NCBI GenBank assembly: GCA_030704615.1
Contig: CM060733.1
Location: 68,944,001-69,008,000 of the forward strand
Reading direction: 5' to 3'
Source of the DNA: Takakia lepidozioides
Taxonomy: Eukaryota > Plantae > Bryophyta
Length of the DNA stretch: 64,000 bases
The notes below the pieces were generated by a model, which saw nothing but the letters and a program-made list of their open reading frames with translations, searched no databases and was not told where the DNA came from. Both the position numbers and the translations under genes were made by a program. Positions 13,001 through 24,500 of the stretch are shown piece by piece; within the stretch, counting starts at the first letter, position 1; every line of letters starts with the position of its first letter.

Positions 13001-13827
13001 CAATACTGGGCACGAGGCAGGTACCATGTTGAGGGATTGATTGCTTTCCAGGTTGTACATGGACTCATTTATACCAAGACCAAGGAGATAGCAAGTATTG
13101 TCATGGGGTGCGGGTTAACTACGCTGCTTGTTTTTCTGGTACGTTACCACATTGAGCAACAAAAGATGCAAACACGCTTTCTGAGTTATTCCAGTGGAGA
13201 TCATTGGGTATTACCTTCGGTGCCACCTCATATGTACCTATATGACCCAAAAGTTATGATGCAAAAGGATTCTCAAATTCGTTCATGGTTTCAAGCGCCT
13301 GAACATTTGTCAACACAGAAATTCGGCATTGATGACATTTTCTATAAGGGACATGTGGCATGGAAAGTACTTGCACGCTGCACCAGTAATTGGTACCCCA
13401 CTCACCTGGACAGACAAGGAGCTCAGTGTCTACACCAATTTTGCTGTTCAGCGGTTACACCAAGTTGTAAAATACAAACTTCCAGACATGGTAGGACAGC
13501 ATTGTATGCCCCAGATGATTCCACAAAAAGTTCGAAAATTAAAACACCTGAGAGGCGATGAGGATTCTGATACAACTGTTTCTTCACCGAATTCTTTTGA
13601 CATGGGAGAAGACTATGCAATTCAGATGCAAGAAGAAGCGACGGGGGTCTCCTATGCCGGAAAGGTTACCTCGATATCAGCCTCCAGAGGGCCTCACTTA
13701 TCCAGGTAGTGATCAACCATCTCCGTCAACCAGAGACAGACCTCGGGCTCGTACACACAGTCCGCCACGAAACTCTCAACGTCAAGAAGGTGCTCACTCA
13801 CAAAGGTTTGCTAGTCGAAATCAGTAA
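10060..13827 (+). pseudogene. Large 3' extra ORF of element A (frameshifted), with a plant-transposon-protein-like N-terminus and a long coiled coil
   Basis: Successive overlapping ORFs from 10060 to 13827; the same protein is encoded by the related copy at 60946-63951 (e.g. QGPVEGKAPRKLTQ.EMN.LRLQVQNIATTTIDNVYSRIAELQ). Confidence 0.75.
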
Positions 13828-13848
13828 ACCGTGAGGACACGGCTTTTT

Positions 13849-13861
13849 GAGGGGGAAGGGG
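13849..13861 (+). other. Polypurine tract of element A
   Basis: GAGGGGGAAGGGG ending 3 nt before the 3' LTR. Confidence 0.9.
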
Positions 13862-13864
13862 TAA

Positions 13865-14751
13865 TGTTAGAGGACTGTCGGGGACTTAGACACTTATACG
13901 GGATCTGTAGGGTACCCTTAATTTTTGCACAGACTGAGACCAACAGGAGCCTTAGGGGTGACAGCAGCGCACTGCGAGGGGGGGTTACACAGCCGTCACA
14001 GGTCGTCACAGTCGTCACAGCGTCCTCACAGCCACACAGCCAGTCACAGCCCGACACAGCCAAACACAGTCGCACAGCCAGTCACAGCCCGTCACAGTTC
14101 ACACAGCCAGTCACAGCTTGACACAGCTGTCACGATCATAGGGAACGAGAGTAGGACAGGGAACGACTGTGGGGAACAACACCTGCGAAGGGAACATGTT
14201 AGTTCACAGACGACGGTTAGTGAGGGAAACGGTTAGAACCGCGGATAGGAAGATAAAGGGAAAACGGGGAATTGAGGAGGGGGATTCGGAGGAGGACTTC
14301 TTGGTGATAGAGGAGAGGGATCGGGCAGAGATGAAGAACGGAAGTGAAGATAGAGAGATGATGAGTAGATGCTTGATATATGCAAGGCTGTATGATATTG
14401 TAGAGCAGATTAGAGACACAATGGCTTCGGCCTGATACCTGATAAATCATAATCGGATACTTTTACGATACAATCACACTGTGTAGAGAGATCTGAGTGA
14501 AGCTGTGGAATGAATGGATGAGTTGATGGAATCCAATAGATTGATAAAGCAAACTGATACTTAATTATCAATGGTAAGATAGTAACATGAATACCAAAAG
14601 GGAAACAAATAGGAAACACCCCATGATACACTAGCTGTAGGTCATGACTGATTGTTCTGCGCGGGCTGAGTACTTAGAGATTTCCAACTCTTCTATCTTG
14701 GAGTTTCCGCCTCGAATAGCGAAGGGATGGGTGAGTAAAAGCCGCGCGACA
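13865..14751 (+). repeat. 3' LTR of element A
   Basis: TG...CA termini, followed by TSD TTGAT. Confidence 0.96.
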
Positions 14752-14912
14752 TTGATCACCGGTCAATCCTAGAGTATGCTGTCGGTGGTGAGGCTGGAGT
14801 GATGACCAGCAAGACCACCAGTGTTTCTTCTATGGTGAGGCTGGGTTGATGACCAGCCAACCATAGGAGTTCTTGCGGTGGATGCAGGTGCAGGTGCCCT
14901 GAGCCATTGGGA

Positions 14913-17094
14913 TATGACCCTTAAACTGCAACAGGTGCCCACCCGTGTCACTATTAGATTAGTACTAGAGCCTTATAGTGTCACGTGGAGGAGGTGCACA
15001 TTGTGAGTGTCATTACGGAGTTACCCAAGGGTTTTGAGGGAAGTACGGCTACAGGCAGAGTAACAGTGAGAGTGGGTTCACAAGACGAGGTATTCGGTTC
15101 AGACCACCTTCACCGCCACCCTCAATTACTGTAGAGTCAGACACAGACTCGGAGGCTTCATCAACAGGTGTGCACTTTCATTCGCCATTGTTGTGGGACG
15201 ACATGGAGGAGATGTATGGAGCTACCAAGGGGCCTCGTAGGTACTCTGGAGCTGTGGGCACAATCGAGTTGGATGACTTTATCCAGGAATTCGACAGCTG
15301 GTGTGATTTGCAGCAGATGCGCAATCCACAGCTATTCACCCCATTCATGGCGTGGAAGGGACTGTTCCAGCATTTGGAAGGCCCGCCTATGGACGATTAC
15401 CACGAGTTCAGGCAAGGACATGAAGCAGAGATTGAGGAGTGGAGGATGTATTGGTCACCTGACTACGTCTCCATTATTCGAGGCACGACGCAACCAGTAG
15501 CTGCATCAGTACCAATAGCTCCCATGCCAGCACTAGTAGTGGAGCAAGTAGTGCTGGTACTTCTGTAGGTGGTACCAGTTCAAAAGGTGCTACTACTCCT
15601 CCTGCCACGACTACAACACATGTGCCTAGATTCAACCCGGTGGTGGAGTTCTTCCAGGAGTTGCGGAGGAACTACCAAGGTGTACGGACAGAGAAGCTGC
15701 GAAGTTTGCAAGACTTCCAGCGCAAACCCAGTGAGAGCCTGCGAGAGGCGTACACTCGTATGAGGCGCTTGATAAGTGTGACCCAAGGGGTTACTGAAGC
15801 TCAGGCAATCCAGTTTTGGTATGGAATTCTGGACAAGGAGCTCAAGAGAAGGGTGCGAGATGCAACCTTGTTACAAGCAGCCCAACCCACATTAGCAGAT
15901 GTGTTTCTGCTGGCTGAGCGGATTGAGCTCAACATGGTGGAGAAGCGAGTTGTCACCATTGGATTTGGCAAGGACATGCCTGCACAAGGCGCAGCTGCCA
16001 GCCCACAGGCACAAGGTACTGCCCAGCAGCGTGGTCAGGGGGGCAAGGTTTCCCAACCCAAGTTCCATGGAGCTTACAGGGGACCTCAGGTGCAGAGGCC
16101 CGTGGCATCTTTTGCAGGCCAACAGCAACCAGGGATGATATGTTGGACATGTGGAGGACCCCATGTCAAGAGAGATTGCCCAGAGAGTGGCAGACAACCT
16201 GCACAGTTGCAGTGTGGGCATTGTGGCAAGTATGGGCATGGAGATGCCCAGTGTTATGACTTGCATCCTGAGTTGCGCCCAGGCCAGTTCCAAGGGAACA
16301 ATGGTGGCCGGGGGCGAGGTGGACCAGCCCAAAGAGGACGAGGTGGTCGGGCACGAGGTGCAGGCCAAGGGAAAGCTCCACATGGCCAAGGACGCGGAGG
16401 TCAGGGTGTTGACCAAGGCATGGCCAATCGGCTTCAGCAGCTAGAGCAGAGGCTCGCTGCCATGGCTATAGCTCAGGCGGTACCGGCTCCCAGGCGGGAT
16501 GGTCCACCTCCTGCTCCTGAGGGAGGAAATATGGGAGGCATGGGATTCATGTGCGGAGCAGCACTACCACTAGAGCAGGTGGAGTCTGCTGCAGCCGTGA
16601 CTCAAGGAGCAGCACGAGTTCCTGAGCCACGAGGTGCAGAGGTGGAATTGGATCCACAGCGTGGGGAGGCAAGCCGTCAGGTGAGGCTTCCTCAGTCATT
16701 CACATTGGCAGAGACTGTGTCGACGCCATCCATGGCACCTAGTTCTCGCCCGACTGTTACCGAGGCGGAGGTTTCTATGCCATTGGGGAGAGCTACACGT
16801 GCAGCACTGACACCTACTGCAAAGGCTAGTGCAGCCGGTGTGTTGTTGGGGGCAGCCACCTCTGTGTGTCAAGCCCCACTGTTCTCGGCAACCATGATTG
16901 CGACGCCGGGGGTAAGACCAGCTGCAGTGTTCAGACTAGCAGCAACACTCTGTGAGAGTGGGGAGGTCATTTCATCTTCTGCGGAGTTAGTGGAAGGGTG
17001 TAGTGGCAGAGGGATCCTCGGATTTGAGGGTCAAGACTGCCACGGCTGCGCCCTGGCAAGCTGCAGCTGCCAGGTTGACGGAGCTGCCAGCTAG
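14913..17094 (+). pseudogene. gag: Gag of element B (frameshifted; start approximate)
   Basis: QRKPSESLREAYTRM capsid-like motif; knuckles CWTCGGPHVKRDC and CGHCGKYGHGDAQC. Confidence 0.85.
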
Positions 17095-17099
17095 GCCAG

Positions 17100-17560
17100 C
17101 CTTTGAGCGCGCCATGGTGACACCTGGAGTTGTCTTGTTAGACAACCAGGGAGGCATTTTCACTTTGAGTGGACCGGCAGGCAAGAAGTACCGGCCACTG
17201 CGGGTCTTGTTGGACTCGGGAGCTTAGCCACTGATGTTGGGCAGAGCTGCTGTTGCAGGTTTGGGCCTCATGGAGGCGGATATGGAGCCTTGCCCTTTCC
17301 AGATACAGACATCTCTAGGAGGATCAGAGCAGGCTCGGGGCATGACACGGCATCAGTTGGCCATTAGACTGCAGCGGATCATCCTATCGATGGCTCAGTA
17401 ATGCGAGCCAAGGCCATTGTGACAGACGCAGTCTCTTACGATGTCCTCGTTGGTGGGGCAGTGTTATACCCCATGGGCTTCACCCTGGACTTTTGGGAGG
17501 AGTCAGCATCCTACAGGCCTGGATGGCAGTCAGGCGATGGTCGCCGTGCACAGCTCCCTG
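17100..17560 (+). pseudogene. Aspartic protease of element B
   Basis: RVLLDSGA active site followed by an in-frame TAG (17225-17227); downstream YDVLVGG motif. Confidence 0.8.
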
Positions 17561-17909
17561 TGACATTCATTGGGGGTATAGTGGCTGCCCAGCGGGGCAA
17601 GATGCCAACACTAGCCGCCTTTACAGCTGCAGTTAGTTGGCCTGGAGAGTTGCTGGAAGGCAATGCCCATGCAGAGGATGTGCCACCTCCAGCAGAGCAG
17701 GATGACATGCATGGTATGGCGGAGTTGCCTGCCATGGTTGCTCACACTCCATTGTGGGGTACGAGCAAGGATTTGCAGCAGGTTGCTGATCGACGGGTGC
17801 AACAAGCCTGGGTAGAGGCTTTTGTTCCGTCAGGAGAGGAGGAGAGTGCGGGTATTGCACCAGGACCACCTCAGTTGTCACCATTGGATACCACACCTAT
17901 TGTGTGGCA

Positions 17910-18880
17910 GTATCCGGATGAAGGCATTTGCCTTCTGGACTTGTTTGGCGGGATCAGCACCGGATTGGCTGCTGTGCTACAGGCAGGTGTACGAGTTCGA
18001 CGTTACCTGTATGTGGAGAGGGATGAGACTGCACGACGCGTCTCACTGCGCCATGTTGCTCAGTTGGTACAGCATACCCTGACTTGTTGCCAGTGTCTGC
18101 AGTTCGTGGATTCCAACAAGCCTTGCCAGCAGACATTTCTTTGCTGGGGGCGCAGGATTTGGAGCAGGTTGGCTCCATTGATCTGGTAGTGGCAGGTTGG
18201 CCCTGCCAAGGGCATTCATCAGCCGGGCATGGCAATGGATTGCGAGACTCGAGGACGGGTCTGTTTTGGGAGATGGTGCGGATTTTGCGCACTTGCAGCT
18301 TCATCAAGCTGTATCTCCAGCATACATCTTGGAGAATGTACCACTGATGGGTGATTCTCGGGCCAGGGTGATGGCCAGTGTGCATCAAGTCCGGTCGTGG
18401 CTTGGGTCAGCAGTGTTGCTGGATGCAGCTGCAGTGGGGTCACGGGCTCATCGTCCACGGCTTTGGTGGACTAACTTGATGCCACCCGCACTACTCAAGC
18501 GTGCATTTGATGGGGTGCAGCGGCCAGCACACCTTACCGTGGATGGCATTTTGGACACAGGGAGGCAGTCTCAACGTGTGAGACACGATGACCGTTCGCC
18601 TTTGGCAGTGGTCAACAGGGTGGGTCAACCACGAGCAGCATTACCTACACTGCTCAGCTTCCCAGGATCCCATGCTTTTCGGGATGGTGGACCTGGCCTC
18701 CTGTGGGATGCTCAGTTGCAGCAGTTAGTGGAGCCTAATGCCGACGAGCGAGAGCGGGCTATGGGGTTTTCCACTGGGACCACGGCGGTGCCTTCTCTTT
18801 CTGAGGCATCACGTCGTCAGGTGTTGGGGCAAGCAATGGATCTCAATTGCTTGACCTGGATTGTCAGCTTGGCTATGGCT
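17910..18880 (+). pseudogene. C5 DNA cytosine methyltransferase domain (DNMT3-like) inside pol of element B; two 1-nt frameshifts
   Basis: Motif I LLDLFGGISTG; II YVERD; IV IDLVVAGWPCQG (PCQ codons 18201-18209); V GLFWE; VI YILENV; VIII AHRPRLWWTN; IX ERERAMGF; X RRQVLGQAM; all in canonical order. Confidence 0.93.
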
Positions 18881-19236
18881 GAGCAACGTAGAGTGCGGAG
18901 TGCACTTCCCTTGATGGTCTCTCTGCCTACCGAGACGGTACAGGCAGCGAGTGGGGGCGAGCCGGTGAGGACCACGGGGTGTAGACATCCATGGCACACG
19001 TGGGAGGTGCTCGAGGTTCAGAGGGAGTTGGCAGCCAAGGCAGCTGTGATGGATGAGGTTGGGGATTCTTCTCGGGATGAGGAGGTTCTCAATGATGAGA
19101 TGATGGGGCAGGATGAGGCCTTGTCATTGACTGAGCAGGAAGGGAGTACTGCTCAAGAGGTTGCAGCATAGCAACCACGGGACGCGTCCTCTACCTCTAA
19201 GCCCACTGGACTTAAGGTTGCAGTTACGGAGGACAA

Positions 19237-22200
19237 TTGCCTGACATTGGACCCATTGTCACTGGAGGAGAGAGACGACGTATACGGCGGTTCCTGAGGG
19301 CTTACAGGAATTGCTTTGCCTTCAGTTTGAAGGACTTGGGAGCACTGAAGGGTCAAGAGATCCGTATTGAGTTGGCCACTGACACGCCAATCTTTCGGAG
19401 ACCCTATAGATACAGTGACATGGAGAGGTCTTTGATTCAGATGAGGACTCAAGATCTCTGGGAGGCAGGTTTGGTGGAGCTCTCTGGTGGAGAGTATGCT
19501 TCAGCCACAGTGATGCCAACTAAGAAGGATGTCTATGGCAATTGGACGGAGAGACGTATGTGCGGTGATTACCGGCCTGTAAATCGTCAGACCAAGTCCG
19601 ATAGGTATGCCATGCCAACACCAGAGGAGATCTTTGATGCCATTGGGCATTCCAAGGTCTTTAGCACGTTGGATTTACGATCCGGATATCACCAGTTGCC
19701 GATCAAGGAGGCGGATAAGCAAAAGACGGCATTCTGGGGGATCAATGAGCACGGGAAGGATTGCCTATACCAGTGGCGGTTCTTACCATTTGGGCTTAAA
19801 AACGCTCCCGCTGAGTTTCAAAGAGTCATGGACAGGATTCTAGCAGGGGTGGAGTTTGCTCGGTGCTACATAGATGACATCATCATCTTTAGTGCTACGG
19901 TGGAGGAGCATGAGAGACACCTTCAGGGGGTATTTGAGCGCTTGAGGACGCACGGATTGAAGTTACATCCGGGCAAGTGCAAGTTTTTCCACAACCAGAT
20001 TGAGTATCTGGGTCACATGATATATCCTGGAGGATTGGGGGTACAGCAGACTAAGGTAGAGTCCATTGCACAGGTTCCACGCCCCACGGATGTGAGCCGA
20101 GTTCGAGCTTTCATGGGGTTAGCAAACTATTACAGACGGTTTGTTAAGGGATTTAGTGCCATTGCAAAGGCTCTAACCAAGCTGACCAAGGTGGACCAGG
20201 AGTGGCAGTGGGAAGATGAGCAAGAACAAGCTTTTCAAGAGCTCAAGGCGAGGTTGACCTCGGCGCCCATCTTGAGACGACCTATCAGGGGGCGTCCTTT
20301 TCAGCTGCATACAGATTGGAGCATGCTGGGGCTTGGAGCGGTGCTCACACAGGTGGATGATGAGGGAAGAGAGTTCGTAGTGGCTTATGCTAGCCGCTCG
20401 AACAATGCTGCAGAGTCTAAGTATAGCTCATATGAGGGAGAATGCTTAGCTGCAGTGTGGGCCGTGGCACACTTCAGGTGCTATCTATACGGCAATCTCT
20501 TCACCCTTGTCACGGATCACCAACCACTCAAGTGGTTGATGGAGTCAGACAAGCTTACGGGGAAGCTTGCACGGTGGGCACTCATCCTTCAAGAGTATGA
20601 CTTTCAGGTGGTGCATCGACCGGGTTTGGTCAATCGCAATGCAGATGGGTTGAGTCGCAATCCATGCACGAGCCAGCAGGATGACACTGGAGCTCGGTGG
20701 CATGGTGAGACGGACGAGGAGATGGTGCCCGGATGGCATGCATCTGCATTTCTGTGTATCTTGGCAGCGGAAGGCCAGGTTGGACCTGCAACAGGGATGA
20801 CTGTAGATCAAGTGTCTGAGGACCCTGAGGCCAGCAATGAGCAAGGTGGCGCCAAAGATATACATGAGGATTCAGTTGTGTTGGACTACCTCCGCACTGG
20901 AGACACGGCAGCCACTGTGACTGCCAAGGAGAGGGATCGGATCCTACAACGAGCCAAGAGGTTCAAGTGGGAGGGGACACACCTGCTCCGAGTGTGGGAG
21001 GATGGTCGAGTGAGGATTGTGCCTCACCCAACACAGCGGGCACGGTTAGTGCGCCATGCCCATGAGGAGTTGGGGCATTTTGGGGTGCGACGCACTCATA
21101 GTCTACTGCAGGGGCAATATTGGTGGCGTGGTATGCACACAGAGGTGCAACAATTTGTGGCTAGGTGCATGGTGTGTGACAGGGTGCGTGCTTCATTCAA
21201 CGCCCCTACTCCACAATTGCACCCTCTTCCGATCATGGTATTGGGCTACAGGTGGAGTCTTGACTTCGCAGGGCCGTTGCCACTGACCATGCGCCACAAC
21301 AAGTACGTGTTGGTGATGGTGGAGCACTTCTCCAAGTGGATTGAATTGGTTCCATTGCCTGATAAGGCTAGTGAGGGAGCTGCGTATGTTCCTGGATTGT
21401 GTGCTTAGCCGATTCGGTGCTCCAGCTGAGGTACTCACGGACCAAGGGAGAGAGTTCTTGGGGGAGTTTCAGGCTTTGTGTGACAAGGCCTTGATAGACC
21501 ACCGCACCACTTCTCGGGATCATCCTGAGGCCGATGGCTTGGCAGAGAGAGTTGTTCAGACAGTAAAGAGGGGTTTGCGCAAGTATGGCTTGCAGAAGGG
21601 ACACCTAGGAGATTGGGACCTTCAGTTACCCTGGTTAGCCATGGGCTACAGGTTCAGCAAGCAAGCATCACTTGCCTCCTTCTCACCATACTTTCTTCTC
21701 TTTGGCCGAGAGCCGGATTTGCCTACATCCATTCGCAGAGAAGCTGCTACAGTTCTTAACCTTGACGATCCGGACGTGTGGGCACGTGCATGTGAGCAGC
21801 GTGCAGAGTTGTTCAAGAGAGTCATGCCCATGGCTTTCGAGAACCTTGCCATTGCACAACACCGTGATACGTTGAGGTATGCTACCATACGTGGTGGGGG
21901 CTATCGTCCTGGGGTTCGGAGATTCAACCCTGGTGACTATGTCTATCTGCAGCAGATTGCTCCTACGACCCTGGATGTGACTGCAGGACGTGTTATTTTG
22001 AGGGTTCGAGAGGTCTTGCCCTCAGGCGTCTTGGTCTTGGAGGGTCGGGATGGCATAACTTGGAAGGACCATGTGCGTAATTGTGCGCCATGTCACCTTC
22101 CGAATGTCGATGGCAGCATTGATCCAAACCTGGCAGTGGTATCTGCAGGTTTGAGGTGCATGTTGTGTGGGTCTGCTAAAGGGGCAGCCACCATGCTGGT

Positions 22201-22300
22201 GTGCGATCGATGCTCTAGAGGTTGGCATATGGGATGCTTGACTCCACCTCTTGAGATGGTTCCAGATGGGGATTGGTTATGTCCACATTGCATTGGATAG
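19237..22300 (+). CDS. pol: RT, RNase H and integrase of element B (frameshift near 21390)
   Basis: RT LPFGLKNAP and YIDDI; RNase H HTDWS...YEGECLA...VTDH; integrase HAHEELGHFG...CMVC, SLDFAG, LTDQG, GLAERVV. Confidence 0.95.
22157..22291 (+). other. PHD finger at the integrase C-terminus
   Basis: C4HC3 pattern CMLC...MLVCDRCSRGWHMGCLTPPLEMVPDGDWLCPHC. Confidence 0.93.
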
Positions 22301-22549
22301 TGGGAGTGGATACAACCATGGAAGGCTAACAAGCAACGCAAGGCCCAGCTACTAGGAGACCTTGAACACACGAGATCCTGGCTCAAGTTCACAGATTGCA
22401 AGACGGCGACTAACGATGGGGCTACTCTTGTACCCGGCCCCTTGGTCTATAGAGTTTGAGTACAATAGGGACAGTGATAGAGGACTTAGTACGGCTGTGG
22501 CTATTACATCTTGTAGCTATCTGGAGGTAGAGGGACCTATCCACCAGCT

Positions 22550-22630
22550 AGGGGGGCGATTGTGGCAGACTACTTTATTGTGCATATATGTGTGGTGTGG
22601 TTTGGACAACGATGTAGTTGTGTAGCGATA
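22550..22630 (+). repeat. PPT and start of an apparently truncated 3' LTR of element B
   Basis: AGGGGGGCGAT then TGTGGCAGAC at 22561; no matching LTR copy recognised elsewhere in the window. Confidence 0.5.
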
Positions 22631-22699
22631 TGTATGCGCACGACAGAGACAATGTGCAGCAGGTCCACGAGGAAACATGGCCACAAACCAAAATTTGGT

Positions 22700-24500
22700 G
22701 TTCTTACAAAATGTCCTTTTCGACACTCATCTCGTTCCATTGCATGGAATCATGGTTGGTGGGAAGAGCGCTTATAACAAATCATCTCTCCCACCATTCC
22801 AGTGTAATATTCTCGAGCCTTCTAGTTTGGTTCCCAGTGTTCGTTTTTCCTGGCTCATATTTTGTTCTTGTTTGCAATGCCGCCTTCCAAACGTGCTTTC
22901 ACTAGAGCGTATCTGCGCATATGGAGAGGCTACACGCAGAAGACATATCTCGGCAAGCTGATGAAATAAGGCAAAGTGCCCATGTAGAGGAGGCATCATG
23001 GTGGTTTTGCATTGGCAGGGAGGAAGTGGTGTGCACATGAAGCAGGCTGTTCTAGAATTCGCTGCAATTGCATGTTGCGGCATGAGACTCTTGAAAACTA
23101 GGCGAATATATCCGATCCTCTACCATTACGGGTTGTGGTACCGATTATTAGACCTTTGGATTTACAAAGTGACAGACAGGTTAGCAAGACAAAGTCCATT
23201 GCACGCAATTGACTTATTTTGCATTGCTTCTACATATGTCATGTAACTTCAGAGTCTTCCATTAAATGTATGATTGTCCATGCTCTTGATGGTGATTTCC
23301 ATTGTGTCAACAGGTGTATTTGTGAGGAGTTGCATGACATCCTTATTCCATTGTATCGCAAGTAATCCTGAGTAATTTACCAATTCCTACCTACAGTCTA
23401 GTTTCTCATTTTGTTGCACACCACTCGTATGTTGACGTCCACCATGGAGTCTACACATTCTGGTTAAAGAAGCACCAAAGCCCGTTAAGCAAATTTAGGC
23501 TGTGCCCCTCCAAACATGTAGAATATGATCTCAAGTGTTCTATGTTAAGGATGAGAATGTGGTTTTGCATGAGTTAGTGCTAGTGGATTGTCATTGAGCG
23601 ATTTCGGAGGCCTAGGCTATTTTGGAGTGCTGTGAATGTAGAATGATAAATAGTCGCACATATACTGTGAACTGTTTCATTCAGGGTAATTTATTGATTG
23701 AGTGATATTTAAGGAGAAGCCGGTGGGAAATTACATGTTATAGGATATAAACTAAGTATAATGTGTTGGAAAGCGATGCCATTTTGCTTCGCTGCAAGTG
23801 CTGAACACTGATAGAGTTTCGATCAGCAGAATGACGGCCACCCTGGCTTGTTATGACCTGGCTCATGTTTCAGGTTTACTATGAAGATAAAGAGGACTGG
23901 TTCACACAGGCTCTACCTCAATGATTGCAAGCAACCTATACTTGGAAGCTCTGGATCGTTGTTAGAGCGTGTAAAAACATGGAAGAATGACCCTTCTCAC
24001 ACGCAAGGGAAATCCCCTCCAACCTCTATGTATATGGCATGAAGACGATTTAACCATATCAATCTCTCTCTCTCTCTTCATGCCAAAAAATAATCCCAGA
24101 ATTAATAAACTAGTAGTTCATGGAGAATGCAGGTTGCAGTCAGTGTCCTTTGAACAGTGGTGTTCGATGACATTCATAAGTACATGATGAATTTATATGT
24201 ACAACTCGGGGCTGGATACGAGCTCTCCACTTGGGACGACTGACACTGTATAATGTGCACATCGGTCTATGAATATGTTCAGGAATGCAGAAGGCGTGGG
24301 AGAGGTTGCCTTAGGGCCGTCAAGCTTTGTGCCCGTTGCATCCCTGGGCGACAGCTTTAATGACATGATAACACAAGGCACGACACGGCCATATATGTTC
24401 TGAATCCCGGGGATGAAGTGATTGACCACGAAGCCAATGCAAGGCCATGGGTGAGCATGGGAAATCAAAAAGGGTAGGACCCCAATTCTGGTCACTATGC
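22700..24500 (-). pseudogene. Highly decayed, possibly Mutator-like transposase remnant
   Basis: Minus strand near 23020-23080 reads ATCNCSEF*NSLL-CAHHF across a frameshift, like a SWIM finger; the rest is full of stops. Confidence 0.3.

Larger units (their letters stand above)
1660..14751 (+). mobile_element. Full-length Ty3/gypsy LTR retrotransposon (element A), non-chromovirus type with extra ORFs
   Basis: Two near-identical LTRs TGTTAGAGG...CGCGACA (1660-2605 and 13865-14751); 5-bp TSD TTGAT at 1655-1659 and 14752-14756; PBS after the 5' LTR; PPT before the 3' LTR; gag-PR-RT-RH-INT domain order. Confidence 0.97.
1..22630 (+). mobile_element. Ty3/gypsy retrotransposon carrying a DNA methyltransferase and a PHD finger (element B), interrupted by element A; boundaries approximate
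   Basis: gag-PR-DNMT-RT-RH-INT-PHD between about 14900 and 22300; PPT AGGGGGG at 22550 followed by TG at 22561. Assigning 1-1659 to this element is an inference from contiguity across A's TSD. Confidence 0.8.

Noticed and set aside
17910-18880. Bacterial restriction-modification methylase or contamination
   Set aside because: Collinear with retroelement pol, DNMT3-style motifs, no cognate nuclease, and plant genes nearby
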